Notes under the pieces: generated by a model
What the model was told of the DNA's origin: nothing
Database searches by the model: none
The model's input: only the letters and a program-made list of their open reading frames with translations
In this document: piece by piece, positions 37,797 through 47,770 of the stretch
Layout: each line of letters opens with the position of its first letter
Numbering within the stretch: the stretch's first letter is position 1
Origin: a bacterium
GTDB lineage: Bacteria; UBA8248
Assembly: GCA_965261085.1 (NCBI GenBank)
Contig: OZ253442.1
Location: 256,001-320,000 of the forward strand
Length of the DNA stretch: 64,000 bases
Direction: 5' to 3'
Made by a program: the position numbers and the translations under genes

Positions 37797-39275
37797 TCAA
37801 TTAAAAAAGACCGTGGAGCGATGCGCGAAATCGAGCACCGAGGAGGGGAAAATCCCCAGTTGCAGGGTGCTAGCGACAGCGAGCGTCAGCGCCGCAAGCG
37901 CATAGGACCAACCCGGATGCGGGCCGCGCCTCGTGGCTCCGCCTTCGGGTTCGCGCATATACATCACCACGACGAGCCTCAGATAATAGTACACGGCCAC
38001 CACGCTGTTGAGCACCGCGATGACGGTCAGCCAGACATATCCACCCTTCAGGGCCGCGCTGAAAACATGGAATTTCGCCACGAAACCCCCGGTGGGCGGC
38101 AGGCCGGCGAGCGACACCATGAATATGGCCATCGCCGCCGCCAGCCCGGGCCGGAAGGAGGCCAGACCCGCGAGATTATCCAGTTGCGTGCCGCCGTCCT
38201 CGCGCATGTTCGAGATGAGGACGAGCACGCAGAAAGCGCCCATGTTCATGAAAACGTAGACGAGCATGTAGTACAGGAATCCGCTCGTGGCCAACTCCGG
38301 GCTCGAGCGCGAGACCACGAGCGCGACCATCAGATAGCCCGCATGAGCGATGCTCGAATAGGCGAGCATCCGCTTCACGCTGGATTGCCAGATGGCGACG
38401 AGGTTCGCCAGGCTCATCGTGAGAACGGCCATCACCCACAAGACCGAATCGAAACTCCCGCCGGCGTCGCCCGCCGAGAGAAAAACCCGGAAAAACGCGG
38501 CGAATGCCGCCGCCTTCGGACCCACGGACATGAACGCCGTCACCGCGGTGGGCGCTCCCTCGTATACGTCCGGCGTCCACATGTAGAACGGCGCGGCGGC
38601 CACCTTGAAGCCCAGACCCACCACCATGAAGCCCAGACCTATCAGGAAGACTGCTCCTCGCGAGGCGGGATTCTCGTGAAGCCGCGTCGCTATTTCGATT
38701 AAATCGACCGAGCCGGTGGCCCCATAGACGAGCGCCATGCCGTAGAGCAGAAAGCCAGAGGCGAACGAGCCGAGCAGAAAGTATTTCAAGGACGCCTCGT
38801 TACCCTCCGGACGGGCGCGCAAATAACCCGCCAGGACGTAGAGCGACAAGGAGAAAACCTCGAGACCCACGAAGATCATCAGCAGGTTTCGCGTCGCCGC
38901 CATGAGCATCATGCCGGAGGTGGCGAAGAGGATGAGGCCGAAATACTCACCCGCCGGGGTATCGTCCAACTCCCGCTGCGCCGCGGCGATGAGCACCGAG
39001 AAAATGCTCGCGAACAAGATGACGACGTATAAGAACTGTGTGAACCCATCGAAGAGATACATGCCGCCGAACGATGCGGCCAGACCGGGTAGAGCCCGCG
39101 TACCAAGCGTCACGCCCAGAGCGGCGGCCAGTGTCGCCAGCGTGATGGCGATGATGGCGGAGCGCTCGCCTCTAGAGAAAAAAGCATCCCACATCAGCAC
39201 CAGCACCGCACCACCCACCGGCAGAATCACCGGCAGCAGATATCCCCAATGGATCGTAGGATGAACGATATCCAA
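37797..39275 (-). CDS. nuoN: NADH-quinone oxidoreductase subunit N (operon 1)
   Basis: EASLKYFLLGS, FKVAAAPFYMWTPDVYEGAP, KRMLAYSSIAHAGY. Confidence 0.95.
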   Translation of the reverse strand: MDIVHPTIHWGYLLPVILPVGGAVLVLMWDAFFSRGERSAIIAITLATLAAALGVTLGTRALPGLAASFGGMYLFDGFTQFLYVVILFASIFSVLIAAAQRELDDTPAGEYFGLILFATSGMMLMAATRNLLMIFVGLEVFSLSLYVLAGYLRARPEGNEASLKYFLLGSFASGFLLYGMALVYGATGSVDLIEIATRLHENPASRGAVFLIGLGFMVVGLGFKVAAAPFYMWTPDVYEGAPTAVTAFMSVGPKAAAFAAFFRVFLSAGDAGGSFDSVLWVMAVLTMSLANLVAIWQSSVKRMLAYSSIAHAGYLMVALVVSRSSPELATSGFLYYMLVYVFMNMGAFCVLVLISNMREDGGTQLDNLAGLASFRPGLAAAMAIFMVSLAGLPPTGGFVAKFHVFSAALKGGYVWLTVIAVLNSVVAVYYYLRLVVVMYMREPEGGATRRGPHPGWSYALAALTLAVASTLQLGIFPSSVLDFAHRSTVFFN

Positions 39276-39277
39276 AG

Positions 39278-40834
39278 TTATTTCACCTCAACTCTTTGAA
39301 CATGAGCGATCACGCTCTTTTGTATTTTCCGCTCAGGCGCGGCTTCGACGCGCAGCACCCGCCGGTTCACCTGCGAGAGCCAGGCCTTGGCCGAGGGCTC
39401 GATGCGGTTGAATAATGGTTTGGGATAAAGCCCGATCCAGAACATGAGGGCCACCATGGGCAGCATGACGAGCCACTCACGCCTGTTCATGTCGGAAAGC
39501 CCCAGGTTCGCCCGCACGTTCACCTCGCCGAACAAAACGCGCTGGAGCATCCAGAGCATATAGACCGCCGAGAGAACCACGCCTAGGGCCGCGAATACGG
39601 CGAACCAGACGTTGCGCTCGAACGCGCCCAGCAGAATCGTGAACTCGCCCACGAAACCGTTCAGTCCCGGAAGGCCGATGCTGCTCAGCGCCGTGATGAT
39701 GAAAAACGTCGAAAACACGGGCATCACCCGAATGAGGCCGCCGAATTCCTCGATAAGCCTCGTGTGCCTCCTCGAATAGATGAAGCCCACGATCAGGAAG
39801 AGCGCCCCGCTGCTGATGCCGTGGTTCACCATCTGCAAAACGCTTCCCGAGGCGCCCAGAAGGTTGAAGGAGAACAGCCCCAGCATCACGAAGCCCAGGT
39901 GACTCACCGAGGAGTAGGCCACGAGTTTTTTTACGTCGGTCTGCACCATGGCCATGAGCGCGCCGTAGATGATCCCCACCAGCGCCAGGCATATGATGAG
40001 AAACGCGAACTCGCGCGCCGCCGTCGGGAACAGCGGCATCGCCAGCCTCATGAAGCCGTATGTGCCCATCTTGAGAAGGACGCCGGCGAGGATGACGCTT
40101 CCCGCCGTGGGCGCTTCCACGTGGGCGTCGGGCAGCCAGGTGTGAAACGGGAAAATCGGCACCTTGATGGCGAAGGATATGGCGAACGCGGCGAACAGCC
40201 ACGGCTGAAGGGCGACGTCCACCGGTTCGCGGAGATGGTCCAGGATGTCGAACGTGCCGACCCCGCTCGCGAAATACAGCCAGATGATCGCCACGAGCAT
40301 CAGCACGCTTCCGGCCATGGTGTAGAGGAAGAACTTCACGGCCGCGTAAATCCGGCGGTCTCCGCCCCAGACCCCGATGATGAGGTACATCGGAATCAGC
40401 ATTCCTTCCCAGAAGACGTAGAACAAGAAGAAATCGAGCGCGAAGAACACGCCGAGCATCCCCGTCTCCAGAAACAGCAGGGACATATAGTAAAGCCGCG
40501 TCTTTTTCCGCACGTCATCGAAGGAGAAGAGAATCGCGATGGGCGTCAGAATGGTGGTCAGCATCACGAGCAGGAGGCTGATGCCGTCCACGCCCACTTT
40601 GTATGCAATCCCGAATCTCGGGATCCACTCGGCTTGCTCGACGAACTGCATGCCCGCGAACCCGGGCCTGAAGCCCACGTACATCACCACCGAGAGGGCG
40701 AACGTGGCCAGGGACACCGCCAACGCGAACGCGCGAACGCCTCCGCTTCCCTTGCGGGCGCCCTCGCGCGCGAAGAGAAGCAGCAGACCCCCGAGCATGG
40801 GCAAAAACAAAATCGAGGTGATTATTCCAGGCAC
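39278..40834 (-). CDS. nuoM: NADH-quinone oxidoreductase subunit M (operon 1)
   Basis: GVDGISLLL, IKVPIFPFHTWLPDAHVEAPT, GLPGLNGFVGE. Confidence 0.95.
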   Translation of the reverse strand: MPGIITSILFLPMLGGLLLLFAREGARKGSGGVRAFALAVSLATFALSVVMYVGFRPGFAGMQFVEQAEWIPRFGIAYKVGVDGISLLLVMLTTILTPIAILFSFDDVRKKTRLYYMSLLFLETGMLGVFFALDFFLFYVFWEGMLIPMYLIIGVWGGDRRIYAAVKFFLYTMAGSVLMLVAIIWLYFASGVGTFDILDHLREPVDVALQPWLFAAFAISFAIKVPIFPFHTWLPDAHVEAPTAGSVILAGVLLKMGTYGFMRLAMPLFPTAAREFAFLIICLALVGIIYGALMAMVQTDVKKLVAYSSVSHLGFVMLGLFSFNLLGASGSVLQMVNHGISSGALFLIVGFIYSRRHTRLIEEFGGLIRVMPVFSTFFIITALSSIGLPGLNGFVGEFTILLGAFERNVWFAVFAALGVVLSAVYMLWMLQRVLFGEVNVRANLGLSDMNRREWLVMLPMVALMFWIGLYPKPLFNRIEPSAKAWLSQVNRRVLRVEAAPERKIQKSVIAHVQRVEVK

Positions 40835-40870
40835 TCGCCCCTCACGCTCCTCAAAGAATCGAAAAAATCA

Positions 40871-42775
40871 TCAGCTCGCCGTGAGATACAGCAAAATCAC
40901 CAGCGCGCCGACCAGCATCGAAACGGCGTAGCTCTTCACATAGCCCGTCTGGAGATGCCTCAGGACGCCGCCCAGGGATCGCACGAAAAAGCCCGCCCCG
41001 TTCACGGCCGCGTCCACCAGGCCGTCCTCGAACACTCTCCAGCACCAAATCGACGCCCGCTTCACCGGTTGAACGATCAAGGCGTCGTATATCTCATCCA
41101 CGTAATACTTGTTCAACAAAAGACGGTGGATACCCGGCCAGAGCTCCGCGTAGGCGCTGCCGCCGTCGTTTTTCAAGACATACAAATTGTAAGCCGCGTA
41201 AATGCCGATGAAGGCGATGGCGAGCGAGAACACCATCATCAGAATCTCGAACACCACCTCATGATGCGCCTCCACGTGGCCGCCGAAAACAGGAGCGAGG
41301 AAATCTCCGAAAACGTTCGCTCCCGCGATGAGGGGAATCCCCACCCAGCCGCCGACGATAGAGAGCGCCGCCAGCGCCTGGAGCGGAAGCGTCATGTTGG
41401 TGGGAGACTCATGGACTTTCTGCTGCTCCGCGAGGCTCAGCTTACATGCGCCGAAGAAAACCCGGAACAGGAGCCGGAACATGTAAAACGCGGTCATCAG
41501 CGCGCCGGCCGCACCGGCGAGCCACAGGAGAATGCCGCCGCGCTCGGCCGTCATGGCGGCGTAGAGAATCGCGTCCTTGCTGAAAAAACCCGCGAAGGGA
41601 AATACGCCTGCAATGGCCAGTGCGCCGATAAGGAAGGTGTTGCTCGTTCGCGGGAGCGCCGCGTGGAGTCCGCCCATCTTGCGAATGTCCTGCTCGCCGT
41701 CCAAGGCATGAATCACGCTTCCCGCGCCCAGGAACAAAAGCGCCTTGAAGAACGCATGGGTCATCAGGTGAAAAATCGCCGCGGAGAACGCCCCCACGCC
41801 GCATGCCAGAAACATATAGCCCAGTTGGCTCACCGTGCTGTAGGCGAGCACCTTCTTGATGTCGGTCTGAACCAGGGCGATGGACGCCGCCATCAACAGC
41901 GTGAGCGCTCCGATGACGGCCACGACCAGCATCGCCGTGGAAGAGAGTTCGAAGAGCGCCTGCGTTCGCGCCACCATGTAGACGCCCGCCGTCACCATGG
42001 TGGCCGCGTGAATCAGGGCGCTGACCGGGGTGGGGCCTTCCATCGCGTCGGGCAGCCAGACGTAAAGGGGAATCTGCGCGCTCTTGCCCGTCGCGCCCCC
42101 GAAGAGCAGCAGGCAGATAATCGTCGCCGCCGCGCTCTCGGGACCGAGCAACTGCGGGGCCTTTGCGAACACCACCGAGAAATCCAGCGAGCCGACGACG
42201 CTGTAGATGTAAAAAAGCGCTATCAGGAAGCAGAAATCACCCACCCGGTTCACGATGAAGGCCTTTTTGCCGGCCTCGGCCGCCGCCTTGCGCTCGTACC
42301 AGAAACCGATGAGCAGATAACTGCAAAGCCCCACCGCCTCCCAGCCCACGAACATGACCACGAAGTTATCGCCCAAGACGAGCGTGAGCATGGAGAGCGA
42401 GAAGAGGTTCAGATAGATGAAATAGCGCACCACGCCGCGATCGCCGTACATGTAGCCCATCGAGTAGAGGTGGATCAGCGTCCCGACGCCGGTGACGACG
42501 AGCGCCATGACGGCCGAGAGCGGATCCAGCGCGAAGCCCGCGTTGACCTCGAGAGCGCCGATGGGGATCCACTCGAACAAGACGACGCGGATGAGCCGCC
42601 CCTTCTCGGGCATCCCCAGAAGGCGGAGCCAGCTCAGGAGCGACGCCGCGAACGCGAGCGCCATCGCCAGCGTCGCGGTCCAGCCGGCGAATTTCTCCCC
42701 GCGCTTCCAGCCGAAGAGGAAGTTCACCAGCACGCCGATGAGGGGGAACGCCAATATGAGTGTCAGACTATCCAT
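40871..42775 (-). CDS. nuoL: NADH-quinone oxidoreductase subunit L (operon 1)
   Basis: GKSAQIPLYVWLPDAMEGPTPVSALIHAATMV, HLMTHAFFKALLFL, LQTGYV. Confidence 0.95.
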   Translation of the reverse strand: MDSLTLILAFPLIGVLVNFLFGWKRGEKFAGWTATLAMALAFAASLLSWLRLLGMPEKGRLIRVVLFEWIPIGALEVNAGFALDPLSAVMALVVTGVGTLIHLYSMGYMYGDRGVVRYFIYLNLFSLSMLTLVLGDNFVVMFVGWEAVGLCSYLLIGFWYERKAAAEAGKKAFIVNRVGDFCFLIALFYIYSVVGSLDFSVVFAKAPQLLGPESAAATIICLLLFGGATGKSAQIPLYVWLPDAMEGPTPVSALIHAATMVTAGVYMVARTQALFELSSTAMLVVAVIGALTLLMAASIALVQTDIKKVLAYSTVSQLGYMFLACGVGAFSAAIFHLMTHAFFKALLFLGAGSVIHALDGEQDIRKMGGLHAALPRTSNTFLIGALAIAGVFPFAGFFSKDAILYAAMTAERGGILLWLAGAAGALMTAFYMFRLLFRVFFGACKLSLAEQQKVHESPTNMTLPLQALAALSIVGGWVGIPLIAGANVFGDFLAPVFGGHVEAHHEVVFEILMMVFSLAIAFIGIYAAYNLYVLKNDGGSAYAELWPGIHRLLLNKYYVDEIYDALIVQPVKRASIWCWRVFEDGLVDAAVNGAGFFVRSLGGVLRHLQTGYVKSYAVSMLVGALVILLYLTAS

Positions 42776-42787
42776 GATTCCTTGCTC

Positions 42788-43090
42788 TTATAGCTTCAGT
42801 AAATTGATTTCGTCTAAGTCGGTGGATTCGCGGTTGCGGTAGATCAGCACCACGATGGCCAGCCCGATAGCCGCTTCCGCAGCGGCCACCGCCATCACGA
42901 AAAACACGATCATCTGCCCCGCCATCGAATCCAGGAAGCGGCCATACGCCACGAACGCCAGATTCGCACCGTTCATCATCAACTCGATGCACAAGATGAC
43001 GACGATGGCGTTTCTGCGCACCACGACCCCGACGATCCCCAGGGAGAAGAGGATCGCGCTCAAAATCAGGTAATGCTCGAGTGGCGCCAC
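42788..43090 (-). CDS. nuoK: NADH-quinone oxidoreductase subunit K (operon 1)
   Basis: RRNAIVVILCIELMMN, VAAAEAAIGLAI. Confidence 0.95.
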   Translation of the reverse strand: MAPLEHYLILSAILFSLGIVGVVVRRNAIVVILCIELMMNGANLAFVAYGRFLDSMAGQMIVFFVMAVAAAEAAIGLAIVVLIYRNRESTDLDEINLLKL

Positions 43091-43102
43091 GTCCCACCCC
43101 TC

Positions 43103-43621
43103 CTAGCGGCTTCGCCTGCTCGCCAGTACCACGGCGCCGACGATTCCCACGAACAACAAAACGCCCATGGCCTGAAACGGCAGGACGTAATCCGTCAACA
43201 AGAGATTTCCGATCACCTGCGTGTTGCCCAGTTCGCTCACCCGCTCGAGCGGAAAGCTCCCCTTCTTGCCCGTCATGAGGGAGGTGGAGAGGAATACCTT
43301 GAGCAGCACGCTGAAAACGGCGAGCCCCGCAATAGCGCCCAGCATCTTCTGACCGGGCAGGCGCAACTCTCTTTTCTCCTCCCGGCCCAGGTTGATCAGC
43401 ATCACCACGAACAGGAAGAGCATCATGATCGCGCTGGCGTAGATGATCACCTGAACGATGGCGACGAACTGCGCGTGAAGCGAGAGGTACAACCCGGCCA
43501 GACCCAGAAAGGTCAGTATCAGGGCGAGCACGCTGTAGAGCGGGCTGGGAAACGCGACGACTGCTATCGCGCCCACCGTCGTCACCACCGCCAGGAAATA
43601 AAAAAACAAGGAACTGGCCAC
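43103..43621 (-). CDS. nuoJ: NADH-quinone oxidoreductase subunit J (operon 1)
   Basis: AQFVAIVQVIIYASAIMMLFLFVVML, YVLPFQ; position between nuoI and nuoK. Confidence 0.93.
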   Translation of the reverse strand: MASSLFFYFLAVVTTVGAIAVVAFPSPLYSVLALILTFLGLAGLYLSLHAQFVAIVQVIIYASAIMMLFLFVVMLINLGREEKRELRLPGQKMLGAIAGLAVFSVLLKVFLSTSLMTGKKGSFPLERVSELGNTQVIGNLLLTDYVLPFQAMGVLLFVGIVGAVVLASRRSR

Positions 43622-43666
43622 TACCGCCCATCCTCCAGCGGGCGAGCGCCCGCCTGAAATCGAACC

Positions 43667-44146
43667 TTATACATACGTCAGCAGGTTTTTCTCGTCATAG
43701 CGGGCATGAAGCTCCGGATAATCCTCGGTTCGCTTCACGAGCAAATCGCCCTTCTCGTAGAGGAACTTGCCCCGATCGTCCTCACAGAATTCATATTCGT
43801 TGCCCAGTACGACAGCGCCGACCGGGCAGGCCTCCTCGCAGTATCCGCAAAAAATGCAGCGAAGCTCGTTGATCTCGTAAATGCTGGCGTAGCGCTCGCC
43901 CTTCGAGGTGGGCGCGGAGGGGTCGTTCTCCTCCGATTCCACGTAGATGCAGTCCACGGGACACGCCGCGGAGCAGAGCTTACACCCCACGCAGCGCTCC
44001 AGGCCGTCCTCCCAGCGCAGCAGCTTGTGGAGGCCGCGGTAGCCCACGGGCATCTCCTCTTTGACCTCGGGGTATTGCACGGTCACGCGGCTTTTGAAGG
44101 AATGCCTGAGAGTCAGCCACAATCCCCTGCAAATCTCGCCTAACAT
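43667..44146 (-). CDS. nuoI: NADH-quinone oxidoreductase subunit I (operon 1)
   Basis: TVQYPE; two CxxCxxCxxxCP motifs (CVGCKLCSAACP, CIFCGYCEEACP). Confidence 0.95.
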   Translation of the reverse strand: MLGEICRGLWLTLRHSFKSRVTVQYPEVKEEMPVGYRGLHKLLRWEDGLERCVGCKLCSAACPVDCIYVESEENDPSAPTSKGERYASIYEINELRCIFCGYCEEACPVGAVVLGNEYEFCEDDRGKFLYEKGDLLVKRTEDYPELHARYDEKNLLTYV

Positions 44147-44174
44147 AAAACCTCCCCCCCTTTCGAGCGGCCCG

Positions 44175-45155
44175 CTAGCCCATAAAAACGACGGCGCCGG
44201 CCGTGAGCATCACGTTCAGGATGGAGAGGGGCAGTAGCACCTTCCATCCGAAACCCATCAGTTGGTCATAGCGCAGGCGCGGCGTGGAGGCGCGCAGCCA
44301 CATGAAGAAGAACATGAACGCCAGCACCTTGATCAGGAACCAGACGACGGGCGGCAGCAACGGCCCGCGCCATCCGCCGAGGAAAAAAGTCGCTCCCACC
44401 GCCGAGAGCGTAATCATGCTGCAGTACTCGGCGATGGAGTAAACCGCAAAAAGCATGCTGCTGTACTCGGTATGAAATCCGCCAGTGAGCTCGCTCTCGG
44501 CCTCGGGCAAATCAAACGGCGCCCGGTTCGTCTCCGCCAACATGCAGATGACGAAGATCAAAAAGCCCAGGGGTTGCAGGATAATATAGGGCAACTCGGC
44601 CTGACCCCCGACGATTCCCTTGAGGCTCAGGGTGCCCGAGAGCATGACCACGCCCAGAAGCGACAAGCCGAGCGAGAGTTCGTAGCTGATCAACTGGGCG
44701 GCGGAGCGAAGCCCGCCGATGAGCGGATACTTGCTGTTCGACGCCCATGCGCCGAGCACGATGCCGTACACCCCGATGCCCCCCATGGCGAAGATGTACA
44801 GGATGCCGACGTTGACGTCGGCCAGCACCAGATCCACCTTCTGGCCGAACACCGTCACCGAATCACCGAAGGGCACCACGGCGAAGGCGGCCAGCGCCGG
44901 AATGAGCGTGATGGCCGGCGCGAGAACGTAAATCACCTTGTCCGCCTGGGTGGGAATGATGGTTTCCTTGAACATGAGCTTGATCCCGTCGGCGATGGGC
45001 TGTAAAAGCCCCGCCGGACCCACGCGGTTGGGCCCCACGCGCACCTGTATGAGCGCGAACACGCGCCGCTCCATCCAGGTCATGTAGGCGGCGAGCAGCA
45101 AAAGCCCGCTGAAGCCCACGAGCACTTTCCCGATAATAATGAGCAACGAAATCAT
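44175..45155 (-). CDS. nuoH: NADH-quinone oxidoreductase subunit H (operon 1)
   Basis: [46 protein letters not shown]. Confidence 0.95.
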   Translation of the reverse strand: MISLLIIIGKVLVGFSGLLLLAAYMTWMERRVFALIQVRVGPNRVGPAGLLQPIADGIKLMFKETIIPTQADKVIYVLAPAITLIPALAAFAVVPFGDSVTVFGQKVDLVLADVNVGILYIFAMGGIGVYGIVLGAWASNSKYPLIGGLRSAAQLISYELSLGLSLLGVVMLSGTLSLKGIVGGQAELPYIILQPLGFLIFVICMLAETNRAPFDLPEAESELTGGFHTEYSSMLFAVYSIAEYCSMITLSAVGATFFLGGWRGPLLPPVVWFLIKVLAFMFFFMWLRASTPRLRYDQLMGFGWKVLLPLSILNVMLTAGAVVFMG

Positions 45156-47753
45156 CTAAACGCCCACCTCTTGGGGTTTCTCCGCTTTACGGGCCTGAAT
45201 CTCAACTCCCTGGCGGCCCGGCTCACCGCCGGTGTTCAGCGCCGAGGCCCCATGCGCGCGCAAATAACCCTCCGGCGCGAAGGCGACGCCCACGGGCGCA
45301 TTCTTATCCACGTGTACGGGAAGCCGAACAACCTCGCCGCCCACTTCGAATTCCACGAGTTCGCCGTCCATAACGCCCAGATTCTCCGCGTCGCTCGGCG
45401 AGATGGCGAGGGCGGCGCCGGGCATGTCGGCCAGATGATAGGCCGAGGCCGCATAGGCTCCCGAGAGCCACAAGACGGGCGTCAACAGCATCCTGAGTCC
45501 CGGCTCTTGCGTTTCTTTCTCGGGAATCTGCGTGATCTGATAGGCGCGCTGCCCCTCTCTTCTCAGATGCAGACCCACATCGGGAATACGGCCGAAGGCG
45601 TCCGCGTAATCACCGACGAGCGAGCGCGCCTGAATCCGAATCTTGTCCAGCGAGTTCGCCCGTAAGGGCCGCTCCATCGCTTTTGCGATATCGGCGAAGG
45701 CCCGCCAGGCTTCTGGCGCCATCTTGTCGATCATCGGCTTGAGCGCGCGAGGGAGCGACTGCGCCCTGCGCTCTAAGTTCGTGACGCTGCCTGTTTCCTC
45801 ATACAACGTGGGCGCGGGAATCACCACATCTGCGTACTGCGCGCTGGCGTTTAAGTGAGACGTCTGCAGGACGATGAAATCGGCCTTTTCCAGCGCCTCT
45901 CTCACCCGCGCTCCGTCTGGATACTCCGCCACCGGGTCGCAGCCCAGAATATAAAGGCCTTTGAGTTCACCGCTCATGAGTCCACCCAGTATGCCGCTCG
46001 TGTTTCTGCCTGCTTGCGCGGCGGGCGGCTTGCCCCACGCCTCCTCGCAGGCGGCGCGCACACCCTCATCCGACAAGTCGCCGCCGGGCAGGCTCTCTGG
46101 GTGCAGGCCCATGTCCACCGCGCCCTGTAAGTTCGGCGCGCCGGTGGCGAAGAGCATGTTGGCGCGGAGCAACAGTCCCAAATTGATCGCCTCCGAAACG
46201 GCGACCTTCCCCGTCTCCCCCGGGCCGGAGAGTATGCTCACGCCGCCATCAGCCACCAGAATCGCCCGGGCGGCGGCCATGAGGTCCTCGGGCGCCACGT
46301 CCGCCTCTTCACACAGGCGGTTCAAGTCCAAGGAATCGAGGAGCGCGGCGTATTCTTCCGCGTTCGCTCCTTCGGGTCTCGCGCCGCCGTCCACGAGGTA
46401 TGTCGCCAGCGCCCGCAGCGTGCGCGAAATGCCCCCCAGCACCGGCACCAGATGATGCACCCTGCCCTGAACGCGCAAATCGATGCGCCTTTGGTTCACG
46501 TTGATGATGACCGCGCCCGCCCGGTGCGCTTTTCTGATCTGAAGCGCGAGTATGGGATGCTGCGTGAAGGGGTCGCTGCCCACGATGACGACGGCCTTCG
46601 AGCGGCCCAACTCCTCGATGGAACCCACGCCGCCCACGCCGCCAAAGGCGGCGCGCTGTAAGTCCGTCTGTACGATGTCACGCGTGTGAATCCGGCTGTC
46701 GAGGTGGTTGGTTCCCAGAACCGAGCGCATGAAGGCGCCGAACTGATACGCGGTCTCGTTCGTGGAAGAGGCCCCGCCCAGCCCGGCGATAGCGCCGCCG
46801 CCCGCTTGCTCTATGAGAGCACCGAAGTCTCTCGCCGCCTCTCCGATAGCTTCCGCCCAGCCGACGGGCGTCAGTTCACCGTCTTTTCTGATCATCGGCT
46901 GTGTGATTCGCCCTTCTCCGTGCGCCCCGCTCCAGCCGTAGCGCGCGACGTCGCAAATCCAGGTGTCGTTGATTTTTTCGTTCTCAGCCGCCGTCACGCG
47001 CTTGATCTCGCCGTCTTTCGTCCAGACGCCCTGGCGGCAGCCCACGCTGCAAAGCGTGCAGGGGCCTTGGGTTTCCTGCATCTCCCACACGCGCGCGGTG
47101 AAGCGATATTTGTTGTCCGTAAGCGCGCCGACGGGACAGATGTCGATGACGTTGCCCGAGACGACGCTCGTCACGGGCAGGTCCTCATAGACGCCCACCT
47201 CGGTGAGATCGCCCCGCTGCGCCCAGCCGAATTCCGCCCCGCCGTCGATCTCCTCGGTGAAGCGGATACACCGGGTGCAGTGCACGCAGCGGTTCATCTC
47301 GGGCTTGATGAAGGCGCTGATCTCCTTGCTTGGATAAATGCGCCTGAACTCATGCGTCCTGCTGATCGCCTTGCCGTAGGCCATGGTCTGATCCTGCAAG
47401 GGACATTCACCGCCCTGATCGCACACCGGACAATCGAGCGGGTGGTTTTTCAGCAAAAACTCAAAGACCCCCTCCTGCGCTTCGATAACGCGCGGGGTCA
47501 CGGAACTGACTACCATGCCCTCGGCCGCCGGCGTGGCGCAGGAGGCCTGTAGTTTCGGTATCGGCCTGCCGTTGCCCGCGTCGAGCACTTCCACGAGACA
47601 GGCCCTACACTGACCCACGATGGAGAGATTCTTGTGATAGCAAAAATTCGGAACGTGCGCGCCAACGCGCAGCGCAGCCTCCAGGACGGGCAGACCCTTG
47701 TCCATCGTGATGCTCTGATCGTTGAATACGAAGGTTACTTGCTCATTCGACAT
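45156..47753 (-). CDS. nuoG: NADH-quinone oxidoreductase subunit G (operon 1)
   Basis: FCYH...CRACLVE, HPLDCPVCDQGGEC, CVHCTRC...CPVGAL, additional CxxCxxxC...CD (N7-type), molybdopterin-fold C-terminus. Confidence 0.95.
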   Translation of the reverse strand: MSNEQVTFVFNDQSITMDKGLPVLEAALRVGAHVPNFCYHKNLSIVGQCRACLVEVLDAGNGRPIPKLQASCATPAAEGMVVSSVTPRVIEAQEGVFEFLLKNHPLDCPVCDQGGECPLQDQTMAYGKAISRTHEFRRIYPSKEISAFIKPEMNRCVHCTRCIRFTEEIDGGAEFGWAQRGDLTEVGVYEDLPVTSVVSGNVIDICPVGALTDNKYRFTARVWEMQETQGPCTLCSVGCRQGVWTKDGEIKRVTAAENEKINDTWICDVARYGWSGAHGEGRITQPMIRKDGELTPVGWAEAIGEAARDFGALIEQAGGGAIAGLGGASSTNETAYQFGAFMRSVLGTNHLDSRIHTRDIVQTDLQRAAFGGVGGVGSIEELGRSKAVVIVGSDPFTQHPILALQIRKAHRAGAVIINVNQRRIDLRVQGRVHHLVPVLGGISRTLRALATYLVDGGARPEGANAEEYAALLDSLDLNRLCEEADVAPEDLMAAARAILVADGGVSILSGPGETGKVAVSEAINLGLLLRANMLFATGAPNLQGAVDMGLHPESLPGGDLSDEGVRAACEEAWGKPPAAQAGRNTSGILGGLMSGELKGLYILGCDPVAEYPDGARVREALEKADFIVLQTSHLNASAQYADVVIPAPTLYEETGSVTNLERRAQSLPRALKPMIDKMAPEAWRAFADIAKAMERPLRANSLDKIRIQARSLVGDYADAFGRIPDVGLHLRREGQRAYQITQIPEKETQEPGLRMLLTPVLWLSGAYAASAYHLADMPGAALAISPSDAENLGVMDGELVEFEVGGEVVRLPVHVDKNAPVGVAFAPEGYLRAHGASALNTGGEPGRQGVEIQARKAEKPQEVGV

Positions 47754-47770
47754 CTATCGCCTCTTCCCCA

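Noticed and set aside
39764-42793. 1009-aa + strand ORF and similar long ORFs opposite nuo, IS and aapJ genes
   Set aside because: Antisense ORFs expected from high-GC codon bias; no recognisable motifs.
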